64,000 nt of DNA from an uncultured Chloroflexia bacterium. Lineage in GTDB: Bacteria; Chloroflexota; Limnocylindria; Limnocylindrales; CSP1-4. The DNA lies in the NCBI GenBank assembly GCA_963819655.1, contig CAWFXA010000002.1:1696001-1760000 (forward strand), read 5' to 3'. The number at the start of each line of letters is the position of its first letter. The stretch's first letter is position 1. This document shows positions 59,849 to 64,000 of this stretch, piece by piece. Position numbers and translations under genes: made by a program. The notes beneath the pieces were generated by a model, which worked only from the letters and a program-made list of their open reading frames with translations, was not told where the DNA came from and searched no databases.

Positions 59849-60630
59849 CTATTGACTGACGCCGGCCGGCAGACGGGCGCCCTCGATCATCTCGGTCGCG
59901 GCCGGCGCTAGCTCGTCGAAGACGGTTTCGTTCATCGCGTCGATGACGGCGTAGACGCCGTGCGACTCGCCGCCCCACGTCGCATCGAGCGCGACCAACC
60001 GCACATGGAACGGCCCACCCTGGCTATAGAAGCCGCCCTCCCACTGCGGGAAGCTGACCAAGCCGACGCAGGGCTGGTGCTCGGCGGGACATTCCTTGTC
60101 AACGTTGACCGCCTTCGACGACCGGCCGACGTCGAGCACAGTCGCCTCGAGACCGCCCAAGCTCCCGGTCGCCTTCTCGATCACCGTGATGTTCGGGTTG
60201 GCCTCGATCCATTCGACCAGGCTTTCGCGGTGCCATCGAAGCCTTCGACGGGCTCGAAGGTGCCGTCGACGATCGGATATACGTCGATCCAGAAGAGGAG
60301 CGCGCGGTCATCAGTTCCCTGCGGCCGCAGGCCGAACTCGCCCGTGCTGTCCTCGAAGCTCGTCCATCCGCCGGGCACCGTTAAGGTGAGCTGGCCGCCG
60401 AAGAAGTACTGCGTCGTGTAGTCGCCGGCCGGCAGATCGCCGGGGCGGATCAGGTTGGGCTCGCCGCAGGCCGGCAGGCACCCGGGGATGGGGGTCATAG
60501 CGGGGGAGGTCGCCGCCGTCGGCGCGACGGACGCCGCGCCCACCGCCGACGCCGACGCGGATCCGCCGCCGGAGCCGCTGCAGGCGACCGAAAGGACACA
60601 GACCAGGGCGAGCGAAATCAGCCTACGCAT
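59849..60630 (-). CDS. Putative lipoprotein; frameshift near 60220
   Basis: GAGGAGG RBS, SVAC lipobox, Ser/Ala/Pro linker, LTVPGGWTS; continues in the frame ending at 59849. Confidence 0.72.
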
Positions 60631-60670
60631 GGGACGACCTCCTCTTTCGAAACGAGCCGATGACGGTGGG

Positions 60671-61918
60671 TTAGGGGAGCCTCTGCCAGTTGCCGTTGCC
60701 GATGTTTCCGGTCGCCGGCAACCGGACGACCGGGGCGACGCCCTCGGGGTCGAGGATCACGAGCTCGGCGAACGTGCCGTCGGGGGCCTGGACGTAGCTG
60801 TACACGCGCGTGCCGTCGGGCGACCACACCGGTGGCGCGAGATCGGCATCGACGCGCATCTCGGTGAGGTTCGGGCCATCGGGATCGGCGACGACCACAT
60901 AGCCGCGCGCCGACCCGCCGACGGGCGCCCGTGCCCAGGCGAGCCGTGATCCGTCCGGAGACCAGCTCGGCGAGTATTCCGCGCTCGCGTCGTGGGAGAC
61001 GTTCGTGACGGTCGATCCGTCGGCGGACACGACGAAGATGTCCGACTGCTCGTCGACGCCCGCCGTCGTCGCCAGCCGCGATCCGTCGGGGGACCAGTCG
61101 GGCCAGAAGAACGTGTCGGTCAACGTCGACAGCCGTCGGGCGTCGGATCCGTCCGGCTCGACTACGTGCAACGTGAACGTGGCGGAACTCTGGAAGGCGA
61201 TGAGCCCGCCGTTCGGCGCCCAGGCCGGATCGATCGCCTGGAGCGATGGATCCGTGATCTGGATCGCCCCGGACCTGCCGAGTCGGGCGACCATGATGCT
61301 GGTCCCGGCTCCGACGTCGGCCGCGAAGGCTATGCGTGTGCTGTCTGGGGACCAGGAGAGATTACTCGGCTGGTTCAGCGACTCCTCGCGTTCCTTGAGC
61401 GTGATCCCTTCCGCGAGGACCTCCCGATCCGCGCCGTCCGGATCGACAACGATGAGGCTCCACGGTCCGCTCTCGCCCGGGCGGTGCCAGAAGGCGAGGT
61501 GCAGCCCGTCCCTCGACCAGGTCGGGCTCACCGACTGCCCGCCGGCGACGAGCACATCACGCTGGGTCCCGTCGGCCAGACCCACGACGATGCCCTCCGC
61601 TGTATCGACCGCGATCAGCCCCGCGCGGGTCAGCCCGAATGGCGGCGCCGGCCGCGGGGACCCGACGATGCCGATGATCAGCGGCACGACCACGACGAGG
61701 GCCGCGAGCACCAGGACAAGCACGAGGCCGCGCGCCACGACGCGGAGCCCGGCGGAATGCCGCCACAGCCATCGATCGGGGATCCGCCAGGCCGCCCGCC
61801 GCGGCGTCACCTCGACCTCACGCTGGACGGCCTCGAGGAGGCCCGGTGGCGCGGACGTCGACATCTCCGACTGGAGCCAGGAGGAGACCTGCCGCTCGAG
61901 GTCGTATCGGGCGGTCAT
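60671..61918 (-). CDS. Putative transmembrane anti-sigma factor with TolB/PD40 propeller
   Basis: Coupled to the sigma gene; N-domain like those of 39389 and 41489; TM helix; six P.WSPDG-type repeats. Confidence 0.82.
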   Translation of the reverse strand: MTARYDLERQVSSWLQSEMSTSAPPGLLEAVQREVEVTPRRAAWRIPDRWLWRHSAGLRVVARGLVLVLVLAALVVVVPLIIGIVGSPRPAPPFGLTRAGLIAVDTAEGIVVGLADGTQRDVLVAGGQSVSPTWSRDGLHLAFWHRPGESGPWSLIVVDPDGADREVLAEGITLKEREESLNQPSNLSWSPDSTRIAFAADVGAGTSIMVARLGRSGAIQITDPSLQAIDPAWAPNGGLIAFQSSATFTLHVVEPDGSDARRLSTLTDTFFWPDWSPDGSRLATTAGVDEQSDIFVVSADGSTVTNVSHDASAEYSPSWSPDGSRLAWARAPVGGSARGYVVVADPDGPNLTEMRVDADLAPPVWSPDGTRVYSYVQAPDGTFAELVILDPEGVAPVVRLPATGNIGNGNWQRLP

Positions 61919-62472
61919 GCGATCCGCTCCCCGTCCATCGTGACGACCCGGGCGTCGGCGTCGAGCGCCGCCCGCATCGTCCGCAGACCGCGGTGCAGCC
62001 GCGACTTGACGGTCCCGAGCGGGAGGCCCAGGACGTCGGCGATCTCCGCCAGCGGGAATCCCTGGGCGTGGTGCAGCACGATGATCGCGCGCTCCTCCAC
62101 GCCGAGATGGCGGAACCCGCGTTCGAGCTGATCGCGATCGACGAAGCTCGGCAGCTCGTCGGCCGCGGCATGGTCGTCGAGCGGCAGCTCGCGGATCTCG
62201 ACGGTCCGTCGCCGTCGATCGCGGCGCGCCTCGGTGTGGCAGGCCCGGATGAGCACCCGATGGACCCACGCGTCGAAGCGTCCCGGATCGCGCAGCGCCG
62301 ACAGGTCGCGCCAGGCGGCGATGAGCGCCTCCTGCGTCGCGTCCGATGCCCGATCGGGGTCACGGAGGATGAGCATCGCGACGCCGTAGAGGCGCCCGAC
62401 CGAGAGGGCGGCGAGGTCGTTGAACGCGCCTCGATCCCCGGCCATCGCCCGCTCGACGAGAACTCGGTCCAT
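61915..62472 (-). CDS. ECF RNA polymerase sigma factor
   Basis: ASDATQEAL, LRDPGRFDAWVHR, RAIIVLHH, LPLGTVKSRLHRG. Confidence 0.92.
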   Translation of the reverse strand: MDRVLVERAMAGDRGAFNDLAALSVGRLYGVAMLILRDPDRASDATQEALIAAWRDLSALRDPGRFDAWVHRVLIRACHTEARRDRRRRTVEIRELPLDDHAAADELPSFVDRDQLERGFRHLGVEERAIIVLHHAQGFPLAEIADVLGLPLGTVKSRLHRGLRTMRAALDADARVVTMDGERIA

Positions 62473-62510
62473 CCGACCTCCGATGCGCGGCCATCATGGC
62501 GCGCTACTGG

Positions 62511-62540
62511 TATCGGGGCGTCGGCCGAGCGAAAGGTTCC
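62511..62540 (-). promoter_or_regulatory. ECF-type promoter GGAACC-N17-CCCGATA
   Basis: GGAAC -35 element upstream of the sigma gene. Confidence 0.5.
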
Positions 62541-62581
62541 CGAATCACCGGCAGGGCGCCGGCCATCACGTCACGGCGACC

Positions 62582-63363
62582 TCAGCGGTTCCGCTCGGCC
62601 CGCACGAATAGGGCCGTCCCCACGGCGATGAACCCCACGAACGACACCGCGATGACGGCTACGACCACGGGCGCCGGTGTCAGCTCGGGCGGGACGAGGC
62701 TGGGCTGGGTCGCGTAGTACACGTGCCGGACTGCCTCGACGGCCCAGCGCATCGGCGAGATGGCCGACAAGACAGCCAGGACGGGCGGCAGGTCGTGGAT
62801 CGGGTTGAACACGCCGGCCAGGAAGAACTGCGGCAGCATCACGAACGGGAAGATCTGGTTGGCTGTCCGCTGACTGGTGAGGTTCGACAGCACCAGGATC
62901 CCGAACGCGCCACCGTAGACGGCCATCGCAAGGACGATCGGCAGGATGGCCACCAGCGTCGCCGGCGAGACCGGGATCCCGAGGAGGACGGCCAAGCCGA
63001 GCACGGCGAGCGCCTGAGGCAGGGCAACGAGCGATTCGCCGAGGATCTTGCCCGACGACGATCGAGTAGCGTGAGATCGGTGAGACGAAGATCTCCTGGC
63101 TGAAGTCCTCCTCGCGGTCGGCGATGAGCGAGATGAGCGCCCATCGCGGCCGACTGCCAGACCGTCTGGGCGAGGACGCCGGTGAAGACGAACGTCATGA
63201 TGTCGATCCCGCCTGGTTCGCCGAACCCCGCCTGCAGCGTCGGTCCGAGAAGGAGCACCAGCGTCAGAGGCAGGGCGAAGTCGGCCACGATCCGCAGGCG
63301 ATCGCGCAGCAGCTTGACGAGGTCGCGGTGCGCGATGGCAAGGATGGCCGAGACCTCAGCCAT
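62582..63363 (-). CDS. ABC-2 type transporter permease; frameshifts near 63135 and 63050
   Basis: AHRDLVKLLRDR, VFTGVLAQT, MLPQFFLAGVFNP, ISPMRWAVE. Confidence 0.82.
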
Positions 63364-64000
63364 CGGTGGGTCCTTCGGCGCGGGCGACGATCTCGAGGTA
63401 GGCGTCCTCGAGGCTCGGCGACTCGCGTCCGGACGAGGGTCAGCGGCGTCTCGATCGCCTTCAGCGTCGCGTGGATGCTCCGGCCGCCGAGCGGGATCGA
63501 GTACGGGCCGTCGCCGGTCGAGCGTAGCTCCAGCCGCTCGAGCTCGAGCGCGCAGATGCGCCCGGTCGTCGGCGTCGACGACCAGGGTTTCGCGTACGAG
63601 GTCGGCCTTGAGCTGGGCCGGCGTGCCCTCGTCCACGATCCGGCCGCCGTCGATGATGCAGATCCGGTCGGCCTGCTCGGCCTCCTCGAGGTAGTGGGTC
63701 GTCAGGAAGATCGTCGTGCCGCTCTCCGCGCGGACCGTCCGGAGGTAGTCCCACAGCGTTCGGCGGCTCGGCGGATCGAGGCCGGCCGTCGGCTCGTCGA
63801 GGAACAGCACACGCGGCCGGTGCAGCAGGCTGCGGACGATCTCGAGCTTGCGGCGCATGCCGCCCGAGAACGTCCGGATCGGCTTGAAGATTTCGCGCTC
63901 GATGCCGAGCATCGCGGCCAGCTCCCCGACCTGGTGACGGTATGGCGCGCGGCATGAGCCGGTAGGTCGGCCGGTACGGATACAGCCCGTACAGGATCGC
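63356..64000 (-). CDS. ABC transporter ATP-binding protein (DrrA-like), 5' truncated and frameshifted
   Basis: FSGGMRRKLEI, LFLDEPTAGLDP, LTTHYLEEAE, C-terminal SLEDAYL. Confidence 0.88.

Overview
High-GC bacterial chromosomal segment. Gene content and style (alpha2-type GlyRS, PPDK, short-chain prenyltransferase, many ECF sigma/anti-sigma pairs, LPxT-type anchors, leaderless genes) suggest a Chloroflexota genome such as Limnocylindria; this is inference. The left part is mostly housekeeping (glmU, CNNM/hemolysin, GGPP synthase, recO, glyQS, FNR, ppdK, NDH-2). The rest is accessory: four ECF sigma/anti-sigma pairs, two two-component systems, PadR and TetR modules with visible operators, a VapBC-type toxin-antitoxin pair, secreted proteins and lipoproteins, and a protease-MoxR-DUF58-vWA operon. 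About a dozen frameshifts in otherwise intact genes look like long-read assembly errors. No rRNA, tRNA, CRISPR array, transposase or integrase was recognised. The most notable unexplained signals are: (1) a dispersed 60-bp intergenic element with conserved ends and a variable interior of fixed length, often in inverted pairs and supplying the stop codon of three genes; (2) a cytoplasmic alpha/beta-hydrolase + subtilase + stand-alone prodomain-paralogue operon; (3) a sulfatase-like membrane protein + YIDPGSGS micro-protein + kinase/methyltransferase (NoeA-like) module; (4) a long hairpin that sequesters the RBS of a zinc-ribbon gene; (5) an orphan 80-aa ORF under a triple TetR operator.
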